IMG/VR virus record: IMGVR_UViG_3300012348_000044
Location: 1-36,666 of that record
DNA length: 36,666 nucleotides
Source: a virus
Direction: 5' to 3' (one strand)
Numbering within the stretch: position 1 is the first letter of the stretch; every line of letters starts with the position of its first letter. A program made the position numbers and the translations under genes. The notes under the pieces are model-generated. The model was given only the letters and a program-made list of their open reading frames with translations. It was not told the DNA's origin and searched no databases. This document shows, piece by piece, positions 24,885 to 33,784 of the stretch.

Positions 24885-25181
24885 ATGACGACTTACACTC
24901 TTTTGATGAATTGCCATCTTGGCCGTAAAGGCAGTGAGATTGATGTGCAGGACAACGAAGCCCGCCAGTTGGCAGTCAATCGCGTGATTGACTATCCAGC
25001 GCCAGTGACGGTTAAAAAAGTGGTTTCCAGCATGGCTGGTGACGCGCAAGAAGTGACCGAAGTCATTGCGCCGAAAGTGCAAAAGGTGAATGGCCCAGAG
25101 ATCGTAAAGGTCGATGGCCCTGAGGAAACAAAACGCCGTGGGCGACCACGCAAAGCCGATGCAAGCAACACCGCAGACTGA
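24885..25181 (+). CDS. Hypothetical protein with a C-terminal AT-hook-like RRGRPRK
   Basis: ATG 24885 is the first start outside the terminator hairpin. 98 aa. The RBS is weak. Confidence 0.45.
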   Translation: MTTYTLLMNCHLGRKGSEIDVQDNEARQLAVNRVIDYPAPVTVKKVVSSMAGDAQEVTEVIAPKVQKVNGPEIVKVDGPEETKRRGRPRKADASNTAD

Positions 25182-25701
25182 TACCGTATCGCCCGTCACG
25201 GCGGCTGAATTGGCCGCTTTCTTGGGCGTTGACGCGACTGATCCGCTACTGGATGGGATGCTTGTCGCTGCGACCGACACGGCCATCCGATGGATCAATC
25301 AGGACTTGCTTGCCCGTAAATGGGTTTTGAAGTGCGGCGACAATCTCGGCCAAGAGCAACAGCTTTCACCAGCAAGATTTCAGTCAAACATCATCGAGCT
25401 GCCTTACACGGCGCTGATTCGCGTGCTGTCTGTCACTGGTGGCTGCAATGAGATCTGCTGGGAAGTGGTCAGCACTGGTCGGCCTGCAAAGATTCGGATT
25501 GATGGCTGGGATGGCGTGTCCGAATTGACCATCACATACAACGCAGGCATGGCGACAATCCCCGCCTCAATCAAAACGGCCATCATGATGATGGCATCAT
25601 TCATGTACGAGCATCGAGGCCAATGCGATGGCGATGATGCCGTGAAGAAATCAGGCGCAGCCACGTTGCTGCGCCCCTACCGTGTTGAGGTGGTGATTTG
25701 A
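25159..25701 (+). CDS. Head-tail connector / gp6-like adaptor
   Basis: VTAAELAAFLGVDATDPLLDGMLVAATDTAIRWINQDL resembles the N-terminal helices of gp6-type connectors. The position after the capsid gene fits. Confidence 0.55.
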   Translation: MQATPQTDTVSPVTAAELAAFLGVDATDPLLDGMLVAATDTAIRWINQDLLARKWVLKCGDNLGQEQQLSPARFQSNIIELPYTALIRVLSVTGGCNEICWEVVSTGRPAKIRIDGWDGVSELTITYNAGMATIPASIKTAIMMMASFMYEHRGQCDGDDAVKKSGAATLLRPYRVEVVI

Positions 25702-26036
25702 AATGCTGCGACCTTTCTGCCGGTGCTTTGCGTGAGCCGTTGGTTTTCCAGCGCCGCCAGACGCAATCCGATGGCATGGGAGGCCAAGACCTTGATTGGG
25801 TTGACCTGTTTCATGCAAAAGGCGATGTTCGGCCATTGAGTGGCCGCGAAGCCTTGATGGGTATGCAGCGAGAGGCAAGCGTCAGCCATCGCATCTTCAT
25901 TCGCTACCGTGAAGACTTGCTGCCATCTGACCGCATCGTCATGCGCGGCAAGCCCTTGCAGATCATCGCCATCATCAACGTGGAAATGCGCAATCGCTGG
26001 CTTGAGTTGCAATGCCTAGAAGGGGTGGCAACATGA
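25698..26036 (+). CDS. Head closure / head-tail joining protein (SPP1 gp16-like)
   Basis: LREPLVFQRR......G......W.....AKGDVRPLSGRE....Q...SVSHRIFIRYRED...SDRI..RGK.LQI. TTG start in a TTGA overlap; no in-frame ATG lies near the N-terminus. Confidence 0.75.
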   Translation: MKCCDLSAGALREPLVFQRRQTQSDGMGGQDLDWVDLFHAKGDVRPLSGREALMGMQREASVSHRIFIRYREDLLPSDRIVMRGKPLQIIAIINVEMRNRWLELQCLEGVAT

Positions 26037-26473
26037 AGTCGGTTTTGGTTGGTGACAAGCAGTTGATCGCAAACATCCGCAAGTTCGGCGCACAAGCTGA
26101 TGCTGCGCTGGCGCAGATTGTCATGGCGACATCGCAGGACGTCCGAACGCACGCCATCCGAGCCATCCAAGGTGGCCCGAAGAATGGCCGCGAATACAAG
26201 CTGAACAATCCGCGCAGAACGCATCGAGCATCGGCCCCAGGTCAGGCGCCCGCAACCGACACCGGGCGACTGGTGCAGTCAATCACCGCAAACATTACCG
26301 GACTGACAGCCGAAGTCTCTGCCAATGTGCAGTATGCCGCACCGCTTGAGTTCGGCACTGTCAACATGGAGCCGCGCCCGTTCTTGCAGCCTGCACTTGA
26401 CGCGCAAAAGGCCCGGTTCAATCAGCGCCTGAAAACACTGGCAGACAACGCATCGAAAGGCCTGACACCATGA
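26033..26473 (+). CDS. HK97 gp10-family tail-completion / neck protein
   Basis: SAPGQAPATDTGRLVQSI...VQYAAPLEFGTVNMEPRPFLQPA is the family signature. ATGA overlap. Confidence 0.8.
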   Translation: MKSVLVGDKQLIANIRKFGAQADAALAQIVMATSQDVRTHAIRAIQGGPKNGREYKLNNPRRTHRASAPGQAPATDTGRLVQSITANITGLTAEVSANVQYAAPLEFGTVNMEPRPFLQPALDAQKARFNQRLKTLADNASKGLTP

Positions 26474-26934
26474 TGCAAGAAGAAATCCAGACGGCCATTT
26501 ATGAGGCAGTCGCGGCCATTGGATACCCAACATTTGATGATGTTCCGCAGGCCACGGCCTACCCGTACATCGTTGTTGGCGATGACCGCAGCACGCCATT
26601 TGACACCGATGAGTCGGTCGGGTCAGAGACTATTTGCACTATTCACGTGTGGTCGCAGTATCGCGGACGCAAAGAAGTCAAAGAGATCATGCGCTCGGTG
26701 TATCACACGCTGAACCGCGCAAACTTGACCATTACTGGTGGTCACTTGGTAGAATGTCACGCAGAGTTTGAGGAATCATTCTTAGACCCTGATGGCTTAA
26801 CGAGGCACGGAGTTATCCGGTTTCGTTTGATCGTCGAGGAAAACGGGTATCTTGAACAATACTTGGATTCTGAGGCTGGGGTTTATCTGCAATCTGAATC
26901 AGGCCATTATTTGGTCGCTGAACAAGGGGTTTAA
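26470..26934 (+). CDS. Tail terminator-like protein (DUF3168-like) with a C-terminal repeat extension
   Basis: YP.FDDVPQ...YPYIVVGD......D......E....IHVWS..RG..EVKEI pattern. The position between gp10-like and major tail genes fits. Confidence 0.6.
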   Translation: MMQEEIQTAIYEAVAAIGYPTFDDVPQATAYPYIVVGDDRSTPFDTDESVGSETICTIHVWSQYRGRKEVKEIMRSVYHTLNRANLTITGGHLVECHAEFEESFLDPDGLTRHGVIRFRLIVEENGYLEQYLDSEAGVYLQSESGHYLVAEQGV

Positions 26935-26936
26935 TC

Positions 26937-27326
26937 ATGGCTGCTTTTGTTGGTCGCTCTGTTGTTGTTGAAGTCAATGCCGCTACCGTGGCTGGCGCAC
27001 GCACAAAATCATTCACCATCGGCAATGAGCCTGTGGACATCACTTCTGACGATGACAGCGGTTTTCGCACCATGCTGTCGGTCGCTGGCACAAAAACGCT
27101 GGACATGACCATTGAAGGCGTGACCAAAGACGGCGCTCTGATCGCCCTGGCATCTGGCTCGTCTGGCCTGATTGAGGGCGTGGAAATCACATTCCCAGGC
27201 GTTGGCACAATCGCCGGTGACTTCTTTGTCGCATCGGTTGAAGTCGGCGCAACGTACAACGAAGCCACGACTTTCAGCGCATCGCTGCAATCGTCCGGCG
27301 CGTACACCTACACGCCTGTCGTCTGA
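26937..27326 (+). CDS. Major tail tube protein (TP901-1 / GTA-type)
   Basis: 129 aa. GARTKSFTIGNEPVDITSDDDSGFRTML..AGTKTLDMTIEG resembles Phage_tail_2. Lies directly upstream of the chaperone pair and tape measure. Confidence 0.75.
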   Translation: MAAFVGRSVVVEVNAATVAGARTKSFTIGNEPVDITSDDDSGFRTMLSVAGTKTLDMTIEGVTKDGALIALASGSSGLIEGVEITFPGVGTIAGDFFVASVEVGATYNEATTFSASLQSSGAYTYTPVV

Positions 27327-27655
27327 TGAGCGCAGTCTTTCGAGACGTTGAGTTGTCATGGGATGGCAAGGCCTATTCGGTCAAGCCGACCATGATGATT
27401 CTGAACAAAATCGAGCAGCGGGTAAGCCTGGCTGGATTGGTGCGAGGCCTGTCCACCGATGCGCCTCCACTGTCACACTTGGCTTTTGTCGTTGGCGAGT
27501 TCTTGCGTGCCGCTGGTGCGCGAGTTGAGGACGATGAAATCTATCGCGAGTTGATGACTGGCGATGTTCAGGCTTTGCTTGCGATGCGGGATTCAATCCT
27601 AATGGCGATTTTCCCTGAGCCGAAAAAAAAAGAAAGTCAGTCTCAATTGAGCTGA
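27326..27655 (+). CDS. Tail assembly chaperone (short, G-like form)
   Basis: Lies between the tube and tape measure genes. 109 aa. Ends 24 nt after an A9 slippery run. Confidence 0.7.
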   Translation: MSAVFRDVELSWDGKAYSVKPTMMILNKIEQRVSLAGLVRGLSTDAPPLSHLAFVVGEFLRAAGARVEDDEIYRELMTGDVQALLAMRDSILMAIFPEPKKKESQSQLS

Positions 27656-27849
27656 CGGACGTTGATTGGGGCGGCTTTTATCTTGCCGCCATCGGATGGG
27701 GTCTGTCGCCATCCGAGTTTTGGCAAATGTCGCCTGCTGAATGGTGGCTGGTGTACGAAGCCAAGCGCCCACGGGATAAGGAGCTTGACTACGCCGGGGG
27801 ACTGACAGATGCCGACTGTGCCGAGCTTTATGATTTGCTGGAGAAATAA
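27326..27849 (+). CDS. Tail assembly chaperone, -1 frameshift-extended (GT-like) form
   Basis: The -1 frame opens at 27619 (after the TGA at 27616-27618) and runs to the TAA at 27847-27849, one nt before the tape measure ATG. It encodes ...LTDVDWGGFYLAAIGWGLSPSEFWQMSPAEWWLVYEAK... with no usable start codon of its own near its 5' end. Confidence 0.6.
27623..27631 (+). promoter_or_regulatory. Slippery sequence A9 (A_AAA_AAA) for -1 ribosomal frameshifting
   Basis: The zero frame reads CCG AAA AAA AAA GAA. This fits the X_XXY_YYZ heptamer rule. Confidence 0.6.
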
Positions 27850-29751
27850 ATGGCAACGATAGGAAAGCTGGCGGTACAGATTACAGCCGACACGGCAGGC
27901 CTCAAGGCGGGCCTTAATGACGCAGAGCGCACGGTCACGGCCAAAGCTGATGCAATGGCCGCATCCATCAACAAGATCGGCGCTGCGTTTGCCGCGCTTG
28001 GCGTTGCATCCACGCTCAAGAACATGACGATGGAGGCCATCAACTCGGCTGATGCCTTTGATGAGATGGCCGAGAAAACAGGCGTGAGTGTTGAAAAGCT
28101 GTCATCGCTTGCCTATGCCGCAAAAATCAATGGCGCAAGCGTTGATGACCTTGGTACGGCCATCCGCGCATTGTCAAACAAGATGGCCGAATCCATCGAC
28201 CCGACAAGCCAGGCCGCAAAGATGTTTGATGGCCTTGGCGTGGCGACTCAGAACGCCGATGGCACGCTGCGCAATGTTGATGATGTCCTGACCGACTTGG
28301 CTGGCGTGTTTGCGTCAATGGAAGATGGCGCAGCAAAGTCAGCATTGGCTGTTGACATTTTTTCACGCGCTGGACTGAACATGATTCCAGTGCTGAACAA
28401 AGGTCAGCAAGGCCTTGCAGACTTGCGCATTGAGGCTGAGCGCCTGGGTGCAGTCATCAGCACTGATATGGCAAAGCAGGCCGCTGAGTTCAACGAGAAC
28501 ATCGACCGACTGAACACGCTTTCCGGTACGCTCGGCAAAACCATTGCAAACGCACTGGTGCCTGAGCTAAACAACCTGATCAATGAGTTTCTGATTGGCA
28601 TCAAGCACGCCAATGGCTTTTGGGATGCATTGGCGACATTCGGCACGATCAACCCATTTAAAGACCTGCAAGGCAACCTCAAAGGCACTCGGGATGAGCT
28701 TGACAATCTGAACGCCGCCCGTGAACGCTACATGAAGGCCGGGTCTGACACATCAGGCATTGACCAAGCCATCGCTACAGAAAAGCGCCGCCTTGAGTAC
28801 CTCAAAGAGATTGAGCGCCAGCAAGTGCTGAACGCGCAAGGCGCAGAAAACCAAGCCAATGCAGAGGCTCGCCGACTTGGATTGATGGCCGCATCAAGAC
28901 CAGTAAAAACGCCATCAAAAGTGGCCGAGACAAAGCAGGAAGCCGCAAAAGACGAAGACCCAATGGGCGACTTCATGAGCCGTCAACTCACCGCATTTGA
29001 ACAAGGCAAGCTCCGTGAAGAGGAAATGCGAAACGAGTTCTTGGCAAAAAATGCAGAGGCGTTGAAGCTATCAACATTGAGCGAGCTTGAGCAGGAACAG
29101 TTCAAGTACGAAGAAAAAATGCGACTGCTTGAAGAGTTCTTGATTGCAAACCCTGAGCGCATGGCTGAGTTCTATGGCGTGGCCGAAGCGATGGAGGCCG
29201 AGCATGGAAACCGCATGGTTCAGATCAGGGCAAAGACGCTGACAGACCTTGAGAAATTCAACTCAATGAGCTTTCAGCAGCAGGCCAAAACAGTTGCATC
29301 CAAGTTGGCAGAGATGACCGCATCGCTTTCAACTGAAAGTCGGGCGATGTTCAACATCAACAAGGCCGCATCATTGGCAAATGCCGCAATCAAAGGCTAC
29401 GAGTCTGCGGTCAACGCATACGCATTCGGAACCAAGATCGGCGGGCCACCAGTTGGCGCAGCAATGGCGGCTCTGTCGGTCGCCACTACCGCATCGCAAA
29501 TCAACGCCATCAGAAGCCAGTCTTTTGGTGGTGGTGGCAACAGTGGCGCGGCATACGCCCCAAGCGGCAGTTATGCGGCAACTGGCGCAACACCAACACA
29601 AGGAGCTGCGAATGGATCAACCGGCGTTGGCCAAGTCATTACAATTCAGGGCATCGGAGCCAGCGAGATGTTTTCTGGCGATAGCGTGCGCGGCTTGATT
29701 GACCAACTGATCGAAGCGCAGCGCAACGGCTCAAAGGTGGTTTTGTCATGA
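27850..29751 (+). CDS. Tail tape measure protein
   Basis: 633 aa, largely helical and rich in Ala/Gln/Glu/Lys. A TP901-type core region (FDEMAEKTGVSVEKLSSLAYAAKINGASVDDLGTAIRALSNKMAES). Gly-rich C-terminus. Canonical position. Confidence 0.9.
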   Translation: MATIGKLAVQITADTAGLKAGLNDAERTVTAKADAMAASINKIGAAFAALGVASTLKNMTMEAINSADAFDEMAEKTGVSVEKLSSLAYAAKINGASVDDLGTAIRALSNKMAESIDPTSQAAKMFDGLGVATQNADGTLRNVDDVLTDLAGVFASMEDGAAKSALAVDIFSRAGLNMIPVLNKGQQGLADLRIEAERLGAVISTDMAKQAAEFNENIDRLNTLSGTLGKTIANALVPELNNLINEFLIGIKHANGFWDALATFGTINPFKDLQGNLKGTRDELDNLNAARERYMKAGSDTSGIDQAIATEKRRLEYLKEIERQQVLNAQGAENQANAEARRLGLMAASRPVKTPSKVAETKQEAAKDEDPMGDFMSRQLTAFEQGKLREEEMRNEFLAKNAEALKLSTLSELEQEQFKYEEKMRLLEEFLIANPERMAEFYGVAEAMEAEHGNRMVQIRAKTLTDLEKFNSMSFQQQAKTVASKLAEMTASLSTESRAMFNINKAASLANAAIKGYESAVNAYAFGTKIGGPPVGAAMAALSVATTASQINAIRSQSFGGGGNSGAAYAPSGSYAATGATPTQGAANGSTGVGQVITIQGIGASEMFSGDSVRGLIDQLIEAQRNGSKVVLS

Positions 29752-30524
29752 TTTACATTCAAAGCGGCTATGAGCCAACGCCAGATCTGAACCACTCGCG
29801 CATTGGCTATCAGAACTATGCGGAAGGCAAGACGCCATCTGCATCATCGAGCGCAGCAGGATACCCGGCAGTTGCGGCCACATACCCGACAACCTACGAG
29901 TACTGGAAGCCATCAACAGTTCCTGCAACTTGGGCGATTGACCAAGGCGCGGCGGTGGCTTGCGATTACTTTGGGCTTGTCGGTGATTTCAATGGCGCGA
30001 CGATCAACGTCCAAAGCAGCACCGACAACAGCACCTGGACAACGCAAGTCGGCGGCGCACCAACTGGGCGCGTGGCTATGTTTCTGTTTGCATCGGTCAC
30101 GGCCAGATACTGGCGCATCCAAGTCACCGGCGCAGTGCCAAGCATTGCCGTGGTTTACATCGGCGCGGCCTTGGCTATGCAGCGCAAAATCTATCAAGGC
30201 CATTCGCCGCTAACGCTTTCCCGTGTGACCGACACAACTCAAAACGTGTCGGAGACTGGTCAGTATTTGGGCCGGTCAATCACGCGCAAAGGCCTAAGCA
30301 CAAGCTGCGAATATCAGCACCTTACCGCTGATTGGTATCGCGCAAACTTTGACCCATTTGTCGAGGCCGCAAGGACAGCGCCGTTCTTTTACGCTTGGAG
30401 GCCATTGGCATATCCTGAAGAAGTTGGCTTTGTCTGGACAAGTGGCGACATTCAGCCGAACAACTCAGGCCCGCGCAACTTCATGAGTGTTGGTTTCAAA
30501 GTCACGGGGATTGCAAATGCGTGA
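29748..30524 (+). CDS. Distal tail protein-position structural protein
   Basis: ATGA overlap with the tape measure gene. 258 aa. Assignment is by position only. Confidence 0.45.
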   Translation: MIYIQSGYEPTPDLNHSRIGYQNYAEGKTPSASSSAAGYPAVAATYPTTYEYWKPSTVPATWAIDQGAAVACDYFGLVGDFNGATINVQSSTDNSTWTTQVGGAPTGRVAMFLFASVTARYWRIQVTGAVPSIAVVYIGAALAMQRKIYQGHSPLTLSRVTDTTQNVSETGQYLGRSITRKGLSTSCEYQHLTADWYRANFDPFVEAARTAPFFYAWRPLAYPEEVGFVWTSGDIQPNNSGPRNFMSVGFKVTGIANA

Positions 30525-32232
30525 GCCGATCAGCCTGGTTGAGATCGACCGCGACATTTGCTCGCTGACTTATGGTGTTGGGCCTTGCACGGCCACCGGA
30601 ACACCCTGCTACAACACATGGCACACCTGCCAAGTGCGTCCAGTGTTTGCGGTCACGACTCAGGTTATCCGCTTTGCCAAGCCAAGCGCCAATATCCCAA
30701 TGTCGTTTGATGCCATTCCATCGGTGAGGTCAACAACTACAAGCCCAACCGAATTGAACGTGGGCGATGTTGACGCATCGTCAGGGCCATTGGGCAAGCG
30801 TGCGCAGGCGACTATCACACTGGAAGACCATCCGTATTCGGATGCGCTGACAGACCCCTATGTGTCTCAACGGTCATCCAATCCGTTTGCCGTTGGCACA
30901 TTTTGGACAAAGCTGAAAGCCCGTTGGCCGATTGCCAAAGGCCGCGCTCTGCGCATCCGTGATGGGTACATTGGGCAAAACCCCGAAGACATGGTGACGC
31001 GAGAGTATTTGATTGAGGCCATCGACGGCCCCAACTCAAACAACATCGTCACGATCAAAGCCGTTGACCCGCTGCGCTTGCTCGATGACAAGACCAGCCA
31101 AGCGCCGATTCAGTCCAAGGGTTCACTGAGCGCAGACATCACGGCCATCCAGACCACAATCACAGTCTCTGGCGCTGTCTTGGCCGATTATCCGGCCACT
31201 GGCACGCTGCGCATTGAGGCTGAGTTGATGACCTACACTGGCCGCACTGAATCGGCTGGCGTTATCACGTTCACCGGCATCGTGCGCGGCACGGATGGAA
31301 GCGCGGCCAAAGATCACAAGTCAGAAAGCCGAGTGCAGACCTGCATCCGGTACACAAACCAAAACGCATGGGAAGTCGCCAAAGGCTTAATTGAGACTTA
31401 CGCGCCATCGGCGGCAGGCTACATTGACGCGACTCAGTGGGCGGATGAAGCCTCGCAATGGCTTGATGGCTTTATCGTGTCCGCACTGATCAGCGAGCCT
31501 ACCGGCCTGAACACTTTGCTGGCCGAGCTTTGCCGCGATGCCCAGTTCTTTATCTGGTGGGATGAGCGCCAGCAGAAAATCCTCTTGCGTGCCGTTCGCC
31601 CTCCAACCGAAGTGCCGGTGCAGTTTTCCGATGATGCAAACATCCTAGCCGGTTCGCAGTCAATCAAGACAGCGCCCAATGAGCGAGTGTCGCAGCTTTG
31701 GTACTACTATGAGCCTGCCGACCTGTCCAAAAAGGTGGACGCAGAGGACAACTACCGCAAGGTTCGCATCAGGATTGACGCAGACTCAGAGAGCGAACGC
31801 GAATACGGCGAGAGCGCGGTCAAGAAAATCTATTCGCGATGGGTGCGCACAGATGCGATCGTGATCGCTATCACAACCCGCATCATTGCCCGTTACCGTG
31901 ACGACCCGCTGTACCTGACCATCAGCGTTGACGCCAAAGACCGCAACACCTGGACGGCTGACGTGGTGGACGTTAGCTCACGACTTCAGACCAACACTGA
32001 AGGCTTGCCGCTGACTCGCCGCTATCAGGTTATCAGCGCTCAAGAGGTGCAACCAGGAGCCGTGATTAAGTACGTTTTGCAGACTTACGATTTCACGGCA
32101 AAATACGCCTACTGGATGGCCGACGATGCGCCTATTTTCTCTTTGGCAACCGAAGAAGAAAAGGCATTGGGCGCATGGTGGTCAGACGCTGATGGCCTGA
32201 TCGACGGCGAAAGCGGCTACGAATGGCAATGA
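30517..32232 (+). CDS. Tail tip / hub-position structural protein
   Basis: 571 aa. N-terminal LVEIDRDICSLTYGVGPCTATGTPCYNTWHTCQ Cys cluster. It is the second gene after the tape measure. Assignment is mainly by position. Confidence 0.45.
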   Translation: MREPISLVEIDRDICSLTYGVGPCTATGTPCYNTWHTCQVRPVFAVTTQVIRFAKPSANIPMSFDAIPSVRSTTTSPTELNVGDVDASSGPLGKRAQATITLEDHPYSDALTDPYVSQRSSNPFAVGTFWTKLKARWPIAKGRALRIRDGYIGQNPEDMVTREYLIEAIDGPNSNNIVTIKAVDPLRLLDDKTSQAPIQSKGSLSADITAIQTTITVSGAVLADYPATGTLRIEAELMTYTGRTESAGVITFTGIVRGTDGSAAKDHKSESRVQTCIRYTNQNAWEVAKGLIETYAPSAAGYIDATQWADEASQWLDGFIVSALISEPTGLNTLLAELCRDAQFFIWWDERQQKILLRAVRPPTEVPVQFSDDANILAGSQSIKTAPNERVSQLWYYYEPADLSKKVDAEDNYRKVRIRIDADSESEREYGESAVKKIYSRWVRTDAIVIAITTRIIARYRDDPLYLTISVDAKDRNTWTADVVDVSSRLQTNTEGLPLTRRYQVISAQEVQPGAVIKYVLQTYDFTAKYAYWMADDAPIFSLATEEEKALGAWWSDADGLIDGESGYEWQ

Positions 32233-32239
32233 GGAACCA

Positions 32240-32809
32240 ATGACGACATTCACGACAATCCCAAACTCCAGCCTTGAGCCGGGTAAGCCGATTCGATCGA
32301 TCGATGGCCTCGCCCTGCGCGACAACCCGCTGGCGATGTTTGAGGGCGATTCTTCAGCCCCTCGATTGTTTGGCAAGGCAATAAAACGACTTGAGGAAAT
32401 GCCAGAATTGTCCGTGACTGCGGCAGACACTTATGATGCATCAATTGGAAGCGCCCCAGTCTCAATTCTGAACTCAACATCATCTGCATCAGATGTTGTC
32501 GCTTTCAGATATACGATAGAAAAATATACAGGAAGCATGAGATTCAAAGCATCTCATAAGGTTGATATCGACGGCAATAATGGATTTTTAAGTATTTATA
32601 AAAATAATATACTTGTTCAACAATTTAATCATATTTATTCTTATTTTTACCAGCGAATTGTCGATATTTCTGTTATTCACGGAGATGTTATTGAATGGAG
32701 AATTAGGACGAGTTCTGTTGAGTTTTTTCAAAATGATTCAATTAGCGCATCAAATGGCTACACAAACCGTCTTGCATACATTTCTCAGATTGACAACCTA
32801 AACGCATGA
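32240..32809 (+). CDS. Putative receptor-binding / tail accessory protein with an AT-rich C-terminal half
   Basis: The N-terminus MTTFTTIPNSSLEPGKPIRSIDGLALRDNPLAMFEGDSSAP has normal composition. The C-terminal ~115 aa are encoded by strongly AT-rich DNA. Confidence 0.4.
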   Translation: MTTFTTIPNSSLEPGKPIRSIDGLALRDNPLAMFEGDSSAPRLFGKAIKRLEEMPELSVTAADTYDASIGSAPVSILNSTSSASDVVAFRYTIEKYTGSMRFKASHKVDIDGNNGFLSIYKNNILVQQFNHIYSYFYQRIVDISVIHGDVIEWRIRTSSVEFFQNDSISASNGYTNRLAYISQIDNLNA

Positions 32810-33126
32810 ACAACATCCGCTGGGCAAACCCCGAACACATCGGAATCTGCTACGACACCGCAGAGGCTGTCGTTTACATTGATTCTGGCGACTTGTACCA
32901 GGCAATCATCGCCGGTCAATATGGCCCCATCGCGCCGCCATGCGAGATTGAAGGCGGCACGCCGGTGGTGTACACGCCAGAGCAGGCCGCAGAGCTTCGC
33001 CGGGCCGCATACGCCGCCGAATCAGACCCAATCTATTTCAAGTGGCAGCGAGGTGAGGCCACGCAGCAGGAATGGATCGACAAGATTAACGCCATCAAGG
33101 CACGCTATCCAATCGCAGGTGAGTAA
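32806..33126 (+). CDS. Hypothetical protein (possible fibre-assembly-type)
   Basis: The ESDPIYFKWQRGEATQQEWIDKINAIKARYP motif is common in small phage proteins next to fibre genes. ATGA overlap. Confidence 0.45.
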   Translation: MNNIRWANPEHIGICYDTAEAVVYIDSGDLYQAIIAGQYGPIAPPCEIEGGTPVVYTPEQAAELRRAAYAAESDPIYFKWQRGEATQQEWIDKINAIKARYPIAGE

Positions 33127-33359
33127 TGGAACCTCAGACAATCATCAACTTCGTTTTGGGCATTGCATCAACGGCCATCGGTTGGTTTGCCCGTGAGCTT
33201 TGGACTGCCGTCAAAGACCTCAAGTCAGACCTGGCAAAGCTGCGCGAAGAACTGCCGAAGACCTACGTCACCCGCGATGATTTCCGCGAGGATGTGCGAG
33301 AGTTGAAGGATATGCTTGCCAAGATATTCGACAAGCTGGATGGGAAGGCCGACAAATGA
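33126..33359 (+). CDS. Membrane-anchored coiled-coil protein (lysis-cassette component; holin, antiholin or spanin candidate)
   Basis: N-terminal TM helix IINFVLGIASTAIGWFARELW, followed by a charged coiled coil. Lies immediately upstream of the holin-like gene. Confidence 0.45.
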   Translation: MEPQTIINFVLGIASTAIGWFARELWTAVKDLKSDLAKLREELPKTYVTRDDFREDVRELKDMLAKIFDKLDGKADK

Positions 33360-33784
33360 TGATCGAATCGCTTTTGAGCATCGGCGGGAAGCTGATCGAC
33401 AAACTGATTCCCGACCCAGCGGCAAAGGCCCAGGCTCAGCTTGACCTTGCCAAGATGGCGCAAGATGGCGAGCTTGCCAAAATGGCAGACGAAACGCGCC
33501 GCCGTGAGCTTGAATTGGTGGACGGACAGCAAGCCCACAAAGAGCAGCAAGAGACAATCCGCTCAGGGGACAACGCCCAAGACGAATACGTGAGGCACAC
33601 GCGCCCAATGATGGCCCGCCAGTCTTGGTATGCAGGCGCGGCTTTCATCTTTGGCTTTGAAGTGGCCAAGGTCATGGGGCATGGTGAAGGCGCATCGTTT
33701 GAGATTGCCATGACCGTGCTGGCCCCGGCGCTGGCTTATATGGGTTTTCGCACCTTTGACAAGTTCGCCAAATGGAAAAAGTGA
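33356..33784 (+). CDS. Holin-like protein (GTA-type 3TM holin family resemblance)
   Basis: N-terminal LIDKLIPDPAAKAQAQLDL motif and C-terminal hydrophobic segments WYAGAAFIFGFEVAKVM and FEIAMTVLAPALAYMGF. Confidence 0.55.
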   Translation: MMIESLLSIGGKLIDKLIPDPAAKAQAQLDLAKMAQDGELAKMADETRRRELELVDGQQAHKEQQETIRSGDNAQDEYVRHTRPMMARQSWYAGAAFIFGFEVAKVMGHGEGASFEIAMTVLAPALAYMGFRTFDKFAKWKK

